Of a stretch of 64,000 nucleotides of DNA, positions 1 through 12,800 are shown one piece after another. This stretch comes from Schizochytrium sp. TIO01 (taxonomy: Eukaryota; Protista; Bigyra: Labyrinthulomycetes): positions 3,794,040 through 3,858,039 of the forward strand of contig SMSO01000035.1 in the NCBI GenBank assembly GCA_004764695.1. Direction: 5' to 3'. A program made the position numbers and the translations under genes. The notes under the pieces are model-generated. The model saw only the letters and a program-made list of their open reading frames with translations, did no database searches and had not been told where the DNA came from. The stretch's first letter is position 1. The number at the start of each line of letters is the position of its first letter.

Positions 1-3000
1 ATGGCTTGTGACCACACCTGTCGCAGCTTCAAGCCTTACAAGCTGATGCTCTGAATCTGCTGCACCACAAGCGCGGAAAGAGGCCTCTCAGTGGTCATTC
101 AGCTGAGCCCATAGCTTGTTCCAGCCTCTCCAAAGTCCAAAGAACTTCAAGGTGTTTTGATAGATTTGGTTGGACGGACGTCATCCCCATCGCTGTCACC
201 GCCGTCGTCGCCATCTTCGCCGCCGTCGTCGTTGGCGCCAGTTCTGCCTTTAGAGTTCGCGTTCGCGGGATCGCTCAAGGTCCTCGAGAATTTTGATTTG
301 TCTGTAAGCAAAGAACGCGATGCTTTAGGGAATAAACTCTGTCCGTTTCTTCTTCGTTTCTTCTTCAACGTCGGCCTCCACTTCTTCTCATCCTTTTTTT
401 TCAATTGATTTAGATGTAGGCGCTCGCTCTCGTGATTCGATTGTGCTGTCGTGGTGCTGGGCTTCTCTTCGCTTGGCTTTGATTCTCGAAGGCTTATTCA
501 AGGCTTTTAACAGTGGTGCATTGTGAATTGATTTGATTTGATCTGATCTGATTGATCCGATTGATGGGTTTGGTTGAATTGATTAAGTTTTGTAAAAAGA
601 TATCGTCAACTGCGAAATCTGGACCGCTCGGTTCCGATCGTTTAAACCTTTCCGAGAACGTGGGACCATCATAGGTATAATAAATAGATCAAACAAATGC
701 ACATCTGTCTTGAGCTCCACGCAATGAGCAACGATATCCTCACTTCTTCTGCGAGGAAGTCTTCGTCATTTTATGGTCGTCAGCGCCGTTGCCGTCATCC
801 TCCTCGTGCGTGTCTTAAATCTTCAGGCTGGACAACCGGACCGAGAGACTTGAGAGAGTCGAGAGAACCGATGTCCTGAGAAATCAATCTCACATGGCCT
901 GGGTGTCATTCTTCACGACGAGGGATCTCGGGCTATCCATTCCTTAAGCTCTGAGTCGTGAGCTCTGGCCGTAGATTCGTGCAGCTCCTTTGCCTCTTCG
1001 TGGCAGGCTCTGGGCTGGCCATCACTTGGGAGCACCTCCTGGCATTTCGAAATAAAGCACCAACCTTTCGTGGCACCCATAGGTTTGATTCGATGATTTG
1101 AAGGATTTCACCCTCGATTTGGGCATCGATGATGGCATATTTCCAATGTTCAATCATCACACTGTAATTCATGCTCGTGCATCTTGAAATTTAGTCTTTG
1201 CATACTAGGTACCTGCATTTTCTGGCCCTTAGTTCTCAGGGAGGATGCCCAGAATTGCGCAGCGAAGTAACGGGTGCTAAGCGTTAGTGCGGGTTTCGTT
1301 GAGCTCCGAGTGCAGATCAAGTCCGAGCAAAGCTTTCTTCGAGGTTCACAATCATTAGATTGCATTCGTATTCACTAATATTAACATTCATTTATTATTT
1401 ATTATTTATTATCATTATAATTATAAAATCAATCAAATAGCATAGCAATAACAATAACTATAGGGCAACAAAAAGGAGGGCTCCCTCAGGTCGTCCAGTA
1501 AAAGAAAAACTAAAGAAGAGAAAAGGAAAAGAAAAGAAAAAGAAAAAGGAAAAAGTTAATTCTCATACTACTGCTACTACTATAATAGGTACAATAAGAG
1601 AAGGATAACTAAGTGAATCAACTTTTATCGAACAAAACTTGCTTCTTCAAGGACACTCGAATAAAAGCACATCGCAGCACCAAACTGCAAACTCGTGGCA
1701 GAACCGAATTGCAATTCCAAAGCCGCTCCATATCCGGCGCCCGCCTTTCAATTCTGGGTTGGCAACAAGGTACGTACGGTGTCTTCAAGTTCTTCGATCT
1801 ACTCGAGAGCGCGAGCAATCTCATTGCCTCAGTATCGAGACGAGTTGAGGGCAAGCAAGGTTTATTGGTAAAACAGGGCTGCCTTGTGTGGACGCAGTGG
1901 GCATATATTACAAAGGGAACGCGGGGAACGTGTCAGTGGCGCAGAGCAGGTGCTGCGGAGGGAGGAGATCTTGAAGATCGATCAAATTGCAATTCGATCG
2001 CAGGGAAGATGATCGTTCGCAAAGCGGCCAGCGGCACCATCTGCAGTGCATAGAGCACGAAACAAAGCTCGACGGCAAGCAGGGTAGTTTCCAGGCCGCA
2101 GATTTTTCGGTCCAAGAGAGCCTAGCTACAGCGGAAAGTTGGCGCCGTGCCGGAATTCACTCTGATCGAAAATGCAATTTGGAATCAGAAATGCAATTTG
2201 GAAATAGATTCGTAAAGTGGGTCGAAAATGGGAACGGAATCGACTTGGACTGAAAAAACCAATAGTGCCTAATGCAATCATCAGGCTTCTGGCCTTGCTT
2301 GGGCTTTCTCGCTGCCTCGCTTAGTTATGAAACCTGCTCGACGGGGTGGACCGTTGCTGATTTACACCTCAGCTACTCTGCGGCTTCGAAGCTCTCTGAT
2401 TGATCTTGTGTTCGAGTGTGCAGGCATAAATAAATAATCTCGTGGGCCACACACAACGCTAATGTACCGGGACCTGAATCTCTCCGGCGATGACGATGAC
2501 GACGACGACGACGACGACGACGAGTCCAAGAGGGAGTTCAGGCACAGGCAATTAACTGCCGAGTGAGGGTTGGTCGCTTCGTAGTTTTGTTTGATGGTTG
2601 ATGGCCAGAGGTGCGAAGAAGCGCCCGAAGGTGAGCGAGCTGTGCTTTGCGGCGAATTAGGGGCCCAAAATTTGCCAGCGAGCCATGGCGCTTCTTCTGC
2701 TGCATCCATCCTGACCAGACAGACAACTTACTTGTGGTTCGTGTCTCACATGGCGTTGGCCGCGTTCCGCCGAGCTTCACGAGAGCCAACCCTTCGCTTG
2801 GGGATCCCCGAGATGAGATTGGGATGGATTGGCATTGCGAATTGGCCACGGGCGGGTTTTTGTGTTCCCTGCTGACCCGTAGTTCTCGCCAGCGGCGACC
2901 AACTTAAGCCTGAGCACAGCATTCCTCACTCGCTCACTCGAGGCTGTTGCAAAGCGTGCGGGGCGATGCACCACCGTCGTCGTTGCGGTCATCGTCGCCG

Positions 3001-3329
3001 CTGCGATCGCCGTGACTTCAGTTTTGCTATCCGCATTACCGCTTCGGCGTCATCGCCTCTGAAGAGCACAAATCTGCGCCAAAAACCAACCTGCAGGAGT
3101 CGGCGAGATGCCGCTGCCTCCACGGCGTCGCGGCCGCCGGCGTGCGGGCCTCCCGAGGTCTCTCGCAGGATAGTCTACCCAAATGTCCGGCGATATCCCG
3201 CGCAGGATGACGGTCTGCGAGGTCGATTTGACTTGCGATGGAACTGCTTTGATCGCACAATTTGGTTCATCAATTGTAATTCCATTTGTTTGTGCGATCG
3301 ACAAACAAAGGGAAAAAAACAAAAACAAA

Positions 3330-3420
3330 AAGAAAGAGAAAGAGAAAGAGAAAGAGAAAAGAAAGAGAAAGAGAAAGAGAAAGAGAAAGAGAAAGAGAAA
3401 GAGAAAGAGAAAGAGAAAGA
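3330..3420. repeat. (GAAAGA)n hexanucleotide microsatellite
   Basis: Tandem GAAAGA/GAAAAGA units seen directly; they produce the spurious KEKE/RKRK/SLSL ORFs. Confidence 0.95.
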
Positions 3421-3645
3421 GGATCATCTCTCTCCAACGATCTTGAAAACAGTGGGTCATCAACCCAACCAACCAAGCATCGAGCCAATGCGTACTATTA
3501 AAATGGCGTTGGCCGTCTCTCCGAGCACGGCTACGAGCCTGCGGTCTCGTCAGAGCTGCCGTCTTGGTCTCTGCGTGTCTGCGTGCGTGTATATATGTGC
3601 GTGTGTGTTGATCGATTCGACGGATCCTCGTTCTTGATTTCCTGA

Positions 3646-3762
3646 CATTCTTTCATTCTTTCATTCTTTCTTTCATTCTTTCTTTCATTCTTTCTTTCAT
3701 TCTTTCTTTCATTCTTTCTTTTGTGATGGAATTCATTCAATCATTCCACGAAAAGTTCCTCA

Positions 3763-3833
<71 letters not shown>
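3646..3833. repeat. (TTTC/TTCA)n tract followed by (GAAA)n tract
   Basis: TTCTTTCA-type repeats at 3646-3722 and perfect (GAAA)n at 3762-3833. Confidence 0.9.
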
Positions 3834-3834
<1 letters not shown>

Positions 3835-4770
3835 ATGAATGAGAACTCATCGATCGATTCCGTTTCTTTGCTGACTCCCGTCGTCGTCATCGAGCGCAAC
3901 AACTTTGGTGCCCTCGCCACTGCTGGGAGCGGAAGAGGGACGAGCGAACTCCGGTGCGTCACGCCCGGAGGAGGGCCCGCAGGCCTCAGAGCAGCAGCAG
4001 CAGTAGCAGCAGCAGAGCTCGTGTTCGCTGCCTGCAAGCATGCATTCATGCATGCATGCAAAGGCACAGACTGCTTCTGTCTTCAGATGCAATCGCGGAG
4101 TTTCGTGCTCCAGGCAACCTTTGACCGTGGAAGAACTGGGGCGGGAGGCCGCGGGGAGGCGTGGCGTGGTGGGAGCGGGCTGGAGAGTGGCTTGGGTCTG
4201 ACAGGTCTCGCGTCGAGGAGGGGCAGGAGGAGCAGGAGGAGGAGGAGGACAAGATGAAGGGAACTCACAAACTTTGGAAACATGAGAAAGAAAGTCTGTT
4301 TTAGTTCTTTTCTTTTATTATCTTTCTTTTCTTTCTTTTCCTTTCGGGTACCTAACGATGCTTAGGAGTTCTTACTGGATAACTAACAAAAGCGGAGACA
4401 AATCAGAAAGAAGAAAAAAAAAAGAAAAATACCACAAAAAAGAAGAAAAAGAAACAAAAAAAGAGGTAAAGAAGAACTTTTGTTGATCAAGAAAGAAAAA
4501 AGAAGCACAAGACAGATTCTGACAACAAATTATTATCATTATCAGCGGTTGGCCAACGCGCACGTTCCCATAACCTTTCGGCGCAACCCGGGTTTGTCTT
4601 CAGTCCGCTCGAGCGTACTTCCTGCACCGGTGGCCTCCGGGGCTTCTTTCGCTCGCTGGCCCTCACGAATACTTGCCTGCATACTTGGTATCCAAAGCTA
4701 TTTGTCCATTCGCCCATTCGTCCATTCGTCCATCCATCCATCCGCCCGCCCATCCGCTCAACCTCGGCAG

Positions 4771-5112
4771 GTAAGTAGGCACCTGCTCTCTCCGCCTTGA
4801 ATCTGGCGAGCAGATCAATAAGGTCCCAACCAGAAGCAGAAAGAGTCGTCGCCAGGCAGCGTACTGGGCGAAGATCTGTACCGAGCCGCGAAGATCCGTC
4901 TATCTGTAAGCCTTGAAAGCCGTAATTAGCAGCTTGTTCTCAATTCTTTTTACTATAAAGAAGATAGGTCAAAAAGGAAGGACCCCCAAAAACAGACAAA
5001 ACTGCGGACCAAACCCAGTTCCGCTTCCTCCAGAGAGTCCTACTAGGTACTTAAATTCTTGGTTCCTACGTGCGTGCATACTAGACTAGTACGCACTTGA
5101 TCGATCTATTAG
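4771..5112 (+). other. Putative 5'-UTR intron of the thioesterase gene
   Basis: Consensus donor CAG|GTAAGT at 4768-4776; candidate acceptor ...TCTATTAG at 5112, 56 nt upstream of the ATG. Confidence 0.4.
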
Positions 5113-5168
5113 ACTGTCGTCGTCAGCAGAACGAAGTTCGCCGAAGCAATTCCCCAATTCCTTAAACG

Positions 5169-6218
5169 ATGATGCAAGGCATGGGCAAGATGCTGCGTCA
5201 GACTGGAACTCGCGCAAACAACGTTCTGCAGTCCGCTCAGATTCCGGAGGCCGTAGTGCTTGGGCAGACCCGGGGCTTCGCGACCTTCAACAAGTTGCTC
5301 AACATTGATGATGCCAATCCTGCAGGCAACGCACACGGTGGCGAGCTCATGAGATTCATGCTTGACACCGCTGCCTCGGTCACTACGATCCGACACCTCA
5401 ACCACGATGGCAAGGGAAAGTACAACGCAGCCGTCGGAACAGTCTCAAAGACTGCCTTCCATGCTCCAGTGCACGTCGGTGAGCTCATTACGGCAAAGGC
5501 CGAGCTCCTGAGTGCATCCGCACATACCGTCACAGTGCACATTGACCTCTGGGCTGAAAATCTGATGACAGGCTATCGTCGCCTCACAAACTCGACTGAT
5601 GCTATCTACGTCGCGCTTGATGCCTCCAATGAGAACATGAATGAAGTCACCAAAGATCGCATTCCTCCTGTGGACCCAGTGGACTACACTATGGCTCTGC
5701 ATGGACAGCAGGTTTACAAGGAGCACCTTGAGGCTCGCAAGCACCAACCCTCTGATGAAGAGCTCTCCCGTCGTTTTCACGAGGGCCAGTGGACTGCCTC
5801 GCTCGGGCACGTTGTTCTCCCGACAGACTGCTCGGTTCCCAACAAGATTGCCAAGGGTGGTACCATTATCAAGCTTATGGATAACGTTGGAGCAGTAGCT
5901 GCTTGGCGCCACAGCCGGTCCAACTGCGTTACAGCCTCCGTCGAGACGCTCTGCTTTCGCAACCCTCTGCAGCTTGGAGATCTTGTTACTTGCCGTGCCC
6001 GCCCTACTTACGCTTCGAGCAAGTCCCTCGAGATTGAGATCATTGTCGAGTCTGCCTCCCCTATGACAGGTGAGAGCCGTATCGCTGTGCATGCCTACTT
6101 TGTCTTTGTTGCCCTTGACGAGTCAGGCCATGCCATCAAGCTGCCGCCTCTTGACAGCTTCACTCCTGATGCTGAAGCTCGCTACAAGGCGCGCAAGAAC
6201 GCAAGCAAGAGCTCTTAA
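5169..6218 (+). CDS. Acyl-CoA thioesterase, double hotdog fold (ACOT7-like), probable mitochondrial presequence
   Basis: Two hotdog repeats, DDANPAGNAHGGELMRF and PTDCSVPNKIAKGGTIIKLMDNVGAVAAWRH, with VHVGE/LQLGD strands and YVALD/FVALD ends; N-terminus is Arg-rich and acid-poor, ending TRGFAT. Confidence 0.9.
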   Translation: MMQGMGKMLRQTGTRANNVLQSAQIPEAVVLGQTRGFATFNKLLNIDDANPAGNAHGGELMRFMLDTAASVTTIRHLNHDGKGKYNAAVGTVSKTAFHAPVHVGELITAKAELLSASAHTVTVHIDLWAENLMTGYRRLTNSTDAIYVALDASNENMNEVTKDRIPPVDPVDYTMALHGQQVYKEHLEARKHQPSDEELSRRFHEGQWTASLGHVVLPTDCSVPNKIAKGGTIIKLMDNVGAVAAWRHSRSNCVTASVETLCFRNPLQLGDLVTCRARPTYASSKSLEIEIIVESASPMTGESRIAVHAYFVFVALDESGHAIKLPPLDSFTPDAEARYKARKNASKSS

Positions 6219-6806
6219 GGTAAAAATGCTAGTCAAGTCACCAATATAGGCCTGCATTCGTTCTCTGGAGAGCTTAAGAGCATTGCATTTTCTGTTTAGC
6301 TTTTGGTCGTGCTTGCCGCTTGCAAGTATGCACTATACATCTCTGCACACACAAGTAACATCTCACATTACTAGATCTTTAAAACAAAAATAAAGAAAAT
6401 CTAAATGATCCTCTCGTCTTTGACATATGATACCAATTGCTCCATTTCGGGACTTTTTCTGAAAACTTGTTTTTACAAAAGAAAGAAATGTAGGCGTCTA
6501 ACTTGAGTTTCGCACACAAAATCACACATTTATCATACAGGACTTTGTGTAGACCAGACTCGCTGCATCCTCCCTCTCTCTCCGTCATTGGTTTCCCAGA
6601 ATTGGAACAAAAACACTAAACTTTGATTAAATTTTTATTACTATTTCTGCCTCACTAAAGAAGATATTCATTCATGAAAGGCTCAAACAAACTGTGATCA
6701 AAGTTTAGCAATCAGTTGAAACAAACAATACAAGATTAAACTAGCATCCTTCAGTACACAATAATAATAAATCCGCCGTCAGGAACCACCAAGTGCGCAC
6801 TTTACC

Positions 6807-9800
6807 TTATACAAAAGGCATCCAGCCCTCGTACATCCTTGCTAGACGCTTTTCAGATGTCGCTTGGGCAGTCAACGTCGCAACTAATGTTTCCACGGGC
6901 TCCGACGCCGAGAGTTTGGCATCCAATCTTCGGAGAACCTCCGTTGCTTTGACTTGCCGACGTTTACGTTGTGTCTCCTCGTCCGGAGCACGTCGACCAA
7001 AGTCGCCAGTGCCCTTACGGGCTAATGTCAGTAGCTTGCGCAAGCTCTCGCGAATACGTTGAGTACATTGCACGAGCCGATTTAGGGTTATATCAACCTG
7101 TGAAGAGAGAGTACGCTGTGCAATAAGATCTGACGCAAGCTCGAAGAATGGGCCCTCCTGATCAGCACCACGCCGAATGTTGGAGATGTTCGCCCATACC
7201 TGGGCGTTATTTAATAAAGCAGTACTTCGCACATGTTCAAGTTCATTCTCAAGCGCAGAACGAAGCTGCTCTGCTTTATCAAGTTTTCCTTGGCGGTATT
7301 GACGCCTTGCTTCTTCAGCTTCATCAATTTCCTTGGCAGCCTCGCGAAGACCACGAGTTTGCTGCATGAGTTCCAAGCCCTCAAGTACACCTCGGGCTAA
7401 CTCAAAAACCTCGCGAGAAGTTTCTTCAACAAGCGGCAGGAACTCGGCATCTAGAGACATACTTTCCCATGACTGAAGTGCCATAGGGACCCCTGTGGTC
7501 CCGGCGGAAGACCCCTCTGTACCTTCAGGTTTGTTGCCAGAGTTGTATCCGGTGTCCTCTTCCATCGACGGTGGAATACGGATATCTGCCGCCTGTGCTT
7601 CAATCTTGGCCACACTACTGAGAACGCGTTTCAGGGATTCTGCACTCTCTAACACACTCCGTCGGCTGGTATCTGATTGCGCGCCTGCGCGTCGGAAGGC
7701 TTCAATAGAACGGCCCAATTCAGCATCCATGTACAGAAGTTCACGACGTAAATCAAGGCGTGCCTTGACAGCGCTTAATGCAGCGCCAGATCTATCAAAA
7801 GCCCCAATACCGGCATTCCAAAACCAATCCAACGCATACGCGTGTTTCCATGCAATAGTAGGATCAATGCATTGCTTTGCAATTTGTGCAACTTGATCCT
7901 GAACATTGTCGGGATTCACACCAGAAATAGTGCTCTCAATATTTTGCTGGCAGCGACGAATGCTTTGCGTCATTCGCTCAATATCCCTGTCCGAAAATGA
8001 ATAGTCCTTTACATCAACAAGAGACTGAGCTGTATCAAGAACCTCATGAATACTGCTTCGCAAAATCTGCAAGCGGGCAAGCCAGTCATCTACTAATGTT
8101 TGAGATCCATACGTAGAAGCTTCACCATACTGCTTCAATCCCCGCTGAAGATCATTGAGACAAGTCATGGCGCGATCTGTGGTGGCCTTGAGATCTGCTG
8201 CCGGAGCATCGCGACGAACATCAAATGTAGTGAAACTCTTTGTGAGAGAGGCTTCAACTCGAGGCAACACGTGTCCTTGCTGCAAAGCAATCGACCCGCT
8301 TGCGAGCTGGGCCTGCATACGATCACACCGAACCTGCACCTGGATAATTGATTGAAGCGCTTCTGTAAGCCATTCGCGACGAAGCAACAGATTGTTTCTC
8401 AGTTCATCGATTTCGGCCTCCTGTGCGTGCAGAACGGCACGAGGGTCGTCCTTGACCTGATTCTTAGGCGCGACCCCTCCCTCAATGTCATCTAACATAG
8501 ATTCTACATGACGTAAACTTGTCTCCTCAGAAGGTACTTGGTCAAGGGCGGTTTTATATTGTTCTTCAAGAGACAGAAGAGCATTCACATCTACCACATC
8601 GTCATCTTCAGAGAGGTGAACTTCGGAAGCAAGTAATGAAATACTCACATTTACATTGAGCGAGTTATCTGCAGTCTTTACTTTCGTTCCAGTCCACGAG
8701 ATACTTGAATCATTCACAATAGATCCTACTAATGACTGAATAAGCTCCTTGTGATTCCGCATGCACTGCATGGTGCTTCGCGCCCACCCTGCATATGCTC
8801 CATCTTTTTCCAAGAACTGAAGTCGTTCGCCTTCTGGACCGATTGGACGTTGCAACGGCAACGCATCACGCAGTACCTGAGTAAGTCTAAATGGAACAGT
8901 TTCGGGGACAGCCAGACGATGACCTGATTCAAAGCAAACATTGTAATCAATATGAACAAGTTCGCCACTCCCAGGGCCAGAGGAAAGGTCGAGCATGATA
9001 TTAGAGATGTGACGATCTCCTAATCCCATGATGTAGCCGAAAATACTACTTCCTGCCAATGAGCGAGAGTACCGTTTTGAGCGCTGCCACCAATCACCAG
9101 CATCGCGAGAAGTTGTGCAGAGTTCCCGCGCGAGCAAGTTGCGGGGCACCAAAGCTTCCAGTTCTCTAAGAGACTCAACAACGACTTGCTCGGGCCAATC
9201 GGTACGCCGAATTTCACGCGCAACATCAATTGAAACCCCCTTGGCTTCAGCAAGTCGTCGATGAATCACATTCAAATGGGCATCGCCCTTAAGAGCTTTG
9301 CGATCATCAGCCGCGCATCGCTCTTCATAAATATCCATAATAGGACGGGCTCCCTCAACCCATTGAACAAGGCCCACACTTTGTCCCAAAGCCACTACTT
9401 CATATGTGCGGATGCTGTGGGGCATTGGCATAAGAGAATCCATGATATAACCAATCTGTAGCACACGTTCATCAAGCCGCATATCGTCGCCACCCTTGAG
9501 CAGAAAACCATACTTCCCGCCATCCATGCCTCTAAGCCATACGCGTTTGGGGCGTGTTTTAGACGTCAGTGCTTGGATTCTGTCCTCAAATGAGTGAATA
9601 CCGACATCCCAATGTCCTGGCACTCGCAAAAGACTTGCGCCCTCCAAGGCAGTACTGCAAAATAGCTTAGGAGCAAACTCTCGCATTTTGGCATCTCCTT
9701 GCCGCATGTGAAGCCATGCTGCCAATTTACGCTCTTCCGATTCAAGAGCATCCCACGCAGATTCAACGCCATAAACTTCAAAGCTATCCATCATTTGAAT

Positions 9801-12800
9801 AGCACGGCCGATACTTTGCCGCAATTCACGGCTCCGTGATGGACGTGCAACCTCTTTTCGTTTGTCTGCATAGGTTGAGGAAGTAGATGAGTCGAAGTCA
9901 TCATCAGGGGAGTCCTCCTTGTCTGGTCCAACACTTGAGCCAAACGTCGCTTCAAAATGATCTTGTAAATTGGAGATGGAGGGTTGCATGACATCGCGGC
10001 AACTCTTCCGCTTTGTGGCCTCATCAAAATACACATTACTCTGAATACTACGAATAGCTTCAAGAGTTTTCATTTTTTGGGCTAGAGTACGTTTAATCAA
10101 TGCATACCAGCGTTCCTCAAGCCAAATCGCCGATCCAACAAGCTCCGCGACGATAGCCTCAGCACCGCTAAAGGAAGGAATCTGTGCTCGTAATTCTCGG
10201 AACAAATCCTCGCCGAGTTGCTCGCGAGCAGCAATGATACTCCAGGTGATACGACCTGGGTGCTCTCGTGCAATTCGTAAGGCTAACCCTTGTAATATCT
10301 CAGATGGTCGAGCCGCACCGGCTAGAACTTGTGGCAAGAGCTGAGTCCATGCTAAAGTTGGCGTTTTTGCAAGGCTGGCACGGCATTCGTCCCCGGATAC
10401 CGCTGCTTCAAGCTGGGGAACCATACCCAAAAGACGTAGGCACGCAGCTGTCCGTAGACCTAGCGTTTTGCGTGTGCCGCTGCTCCAGCACACAAACTTT
10501 GCATAAGCAGAAACAGCACTTTCCAGATCCCCCTCATTCTCGCAAAGTTGGCCAAACTCATACCAACACATACCATCAATGTTACTATCAACGAGGCTGG
10601 AAGCAGTCTCACAAGCATGCCAGAGGTGTACTTTGCGTGTCTCTGGTTCAGTTTCCAAGCGCCCAAGCTCCATGTGTGCAGTGTGTGCTTGAGCTGGTGC
10701 AAGTTGTGAAATGAGCTGGTCAGACTGTGGAGAGTCAGGTGCAGCAAGAAATTTACGCAAAAGGTGCACGCTATCAGACTCGTTTTCATTCGTAGGTTCT
10801 CTCTCGTCATAACACAACAGAAGCCGCTGAGCGCATTGCATATTGCCAGTTTCGTGAGCCTTTCGCGCTGCTACAAGAAGAGCACTTGGCCTTGCTTGCT
10901 CAGTGGCAAGACGCAGTGGCCACCACATGGCGGGGAGGGATGATATTTCCTCGATTCGGGATACTGGTAACGCTTGCAAATCATCACGAAGTCCACACGC
11001 ACGTACAGCCCATAGTTGAGTCTGATAACGACTCAAGCAACGGTGGTTTGCCCCAGACAAGAACGCTAGAGTAAAATCTTTTTGCAAAGCACGATCTGCT
11101 TGCACTAGGCCTTCATAGGTTCCATAAATATGGTCTGAGTCGGCTGCGCTTTGTATCATGCCCACTTGCTCGAGAAGTGCTTTGGAAGTCCAATAATCTG
11201 AAAAACTTCTAGAGGAGTCCTCCATGAGCGAAGGTGAGAGACGGCTGATTGGCTCTAGCAGACTTGGCACCATGACACAACCCTGTGTTGTAAGATTTGC
11301 GAGTGGTCCGCTAAGATACAATGAGCTTGCGCTGCAGGTTAGAGCATCGGCGAGTGCCTCCTGGCTGGCTTCCCATGCAGACTCTTGTTCCTGCGTAAGG
11401 AACATACTCCATTGTGACACTCCCGTTGTGTCTCCAGAAGCAACGAGGCAGTCCATGGCACCCTGCACGTTCCAGCGAAGAGCCTCTAAAGAGGCGTCCC
11501 AGGTACCAAGTGTATCACGGTCAGCCAGAAGGTCCTGTGTAGCTGAAGCATACATACGAGCCGCTTCTTCATATGACTCATGGCTTTGCAAAGCAGCAGC
11601 AGCGATAGTTCGTTCCCATATATCTGAACCTGTGGCAGGGACCCATTTGTTAAGCTCTTTAATAATACTCGCATCTTCACAACGTTGTACAAGCGCTTGT
11701 CCAAGTTTCCGTAAAATCTGTGGATTTGGCTGCCCCTCATCTGGTACTTCAAGCAACGATCTCCAAGCATGCCAGATGAAATCTGCATCGGGTGTACTTG
11801 CATATTTATCATCCAAAATACGTTTGCGCGTGTTGCGAAGCCAGTTCTGACATACTTGGCGATTTTTGTCAAAGAATTTGCATGCCTTGCGAGCTTCCGC
11901 GGACTGATCAACATGTACCGGCAGATTCTTCGTGCCAAACTCGGCCCGGGCGCTAGCAGCAGCAGCATCTGGGGTAGACGACGCAGACTCCTTCTCTTGT
12001 GCCTCCTCCGCTCGAATACGTGCTCCTGCATCTGCTGCAAGAAGTATCGCACGTTCTAAGTGAAATACAAGAGCTCGGCCTACAGAAACATGTGCTACAG
12101 CATCTTCAGTTTTCATTGGTGCACTAGGGAGAGTAGCAGCCTGCACGGCGTGGATGAGGTGATCAAGCTGCATTAAGGTCTGGCTTGCAGGACCTGCATA
12201 GGAACGTAATTTGCGCTGAACAAGTTGGTCTGCAAATACCGAAGCAACAGCTGCTCGACGGCTGTGAGCCACTGCTGTCAAATTGCTGTCTGCAGAAATT
12301 CTGTGTGCTACGAACTGCATTCCACACGTAAGTACCTGCTGTAAATAGTCATCAACATGTTCAAAGCCTCGCGAACGAGTCTCACCTGCAGCCCATATGT
12401 GGTCAAGAAAGTTTTGAGCACGGCTCAAAAGTTGTCCCTGAACTGCAAACTCAAGACAACCGACCCGCGCAGCAGCTATTCTTTGGACACCAGGATTGGC
12501 TGCATCAAGAAGGGCAAGCACAAGAGCTTTATCAGACGTCTTTTCCACAGCGAGAGTGCATATTGATACGTCTTCTGCATTACCCAACGTGCAGGCTCGA
12601 GCGATCACAGGAGATAAGCTGTTATCGGGTGCAGATTGGAGGGCCAAAATAAGGAGACTGCGGCGTCGCTGCTTCAGTGCAAGCTTTGCGGCAGTCTCAA
12701 TAAGGCTGCAATATACCTTACTTGAACTACCATGCTCTAGCTTACAATTGACCAAGACGAGTTCTAGCCACTGAGTTTGGAGTTCTGGATGCTCCCGGAG

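Noticed and set aside
1-2253. Short coding-like fragments at the window start
   Set aside because: Frames are repeatedly interrupted and no family is recognisable; possibly pseudogene debris but unsupportable
2966-4283. ORFs with KEKE, RKRK, FLFL and SFFL runs
   Set aside because: Translations of microsatellites; the same applies to ORFs at 37735-38279, 52037-52462, 58539-58958 and 63298-63561
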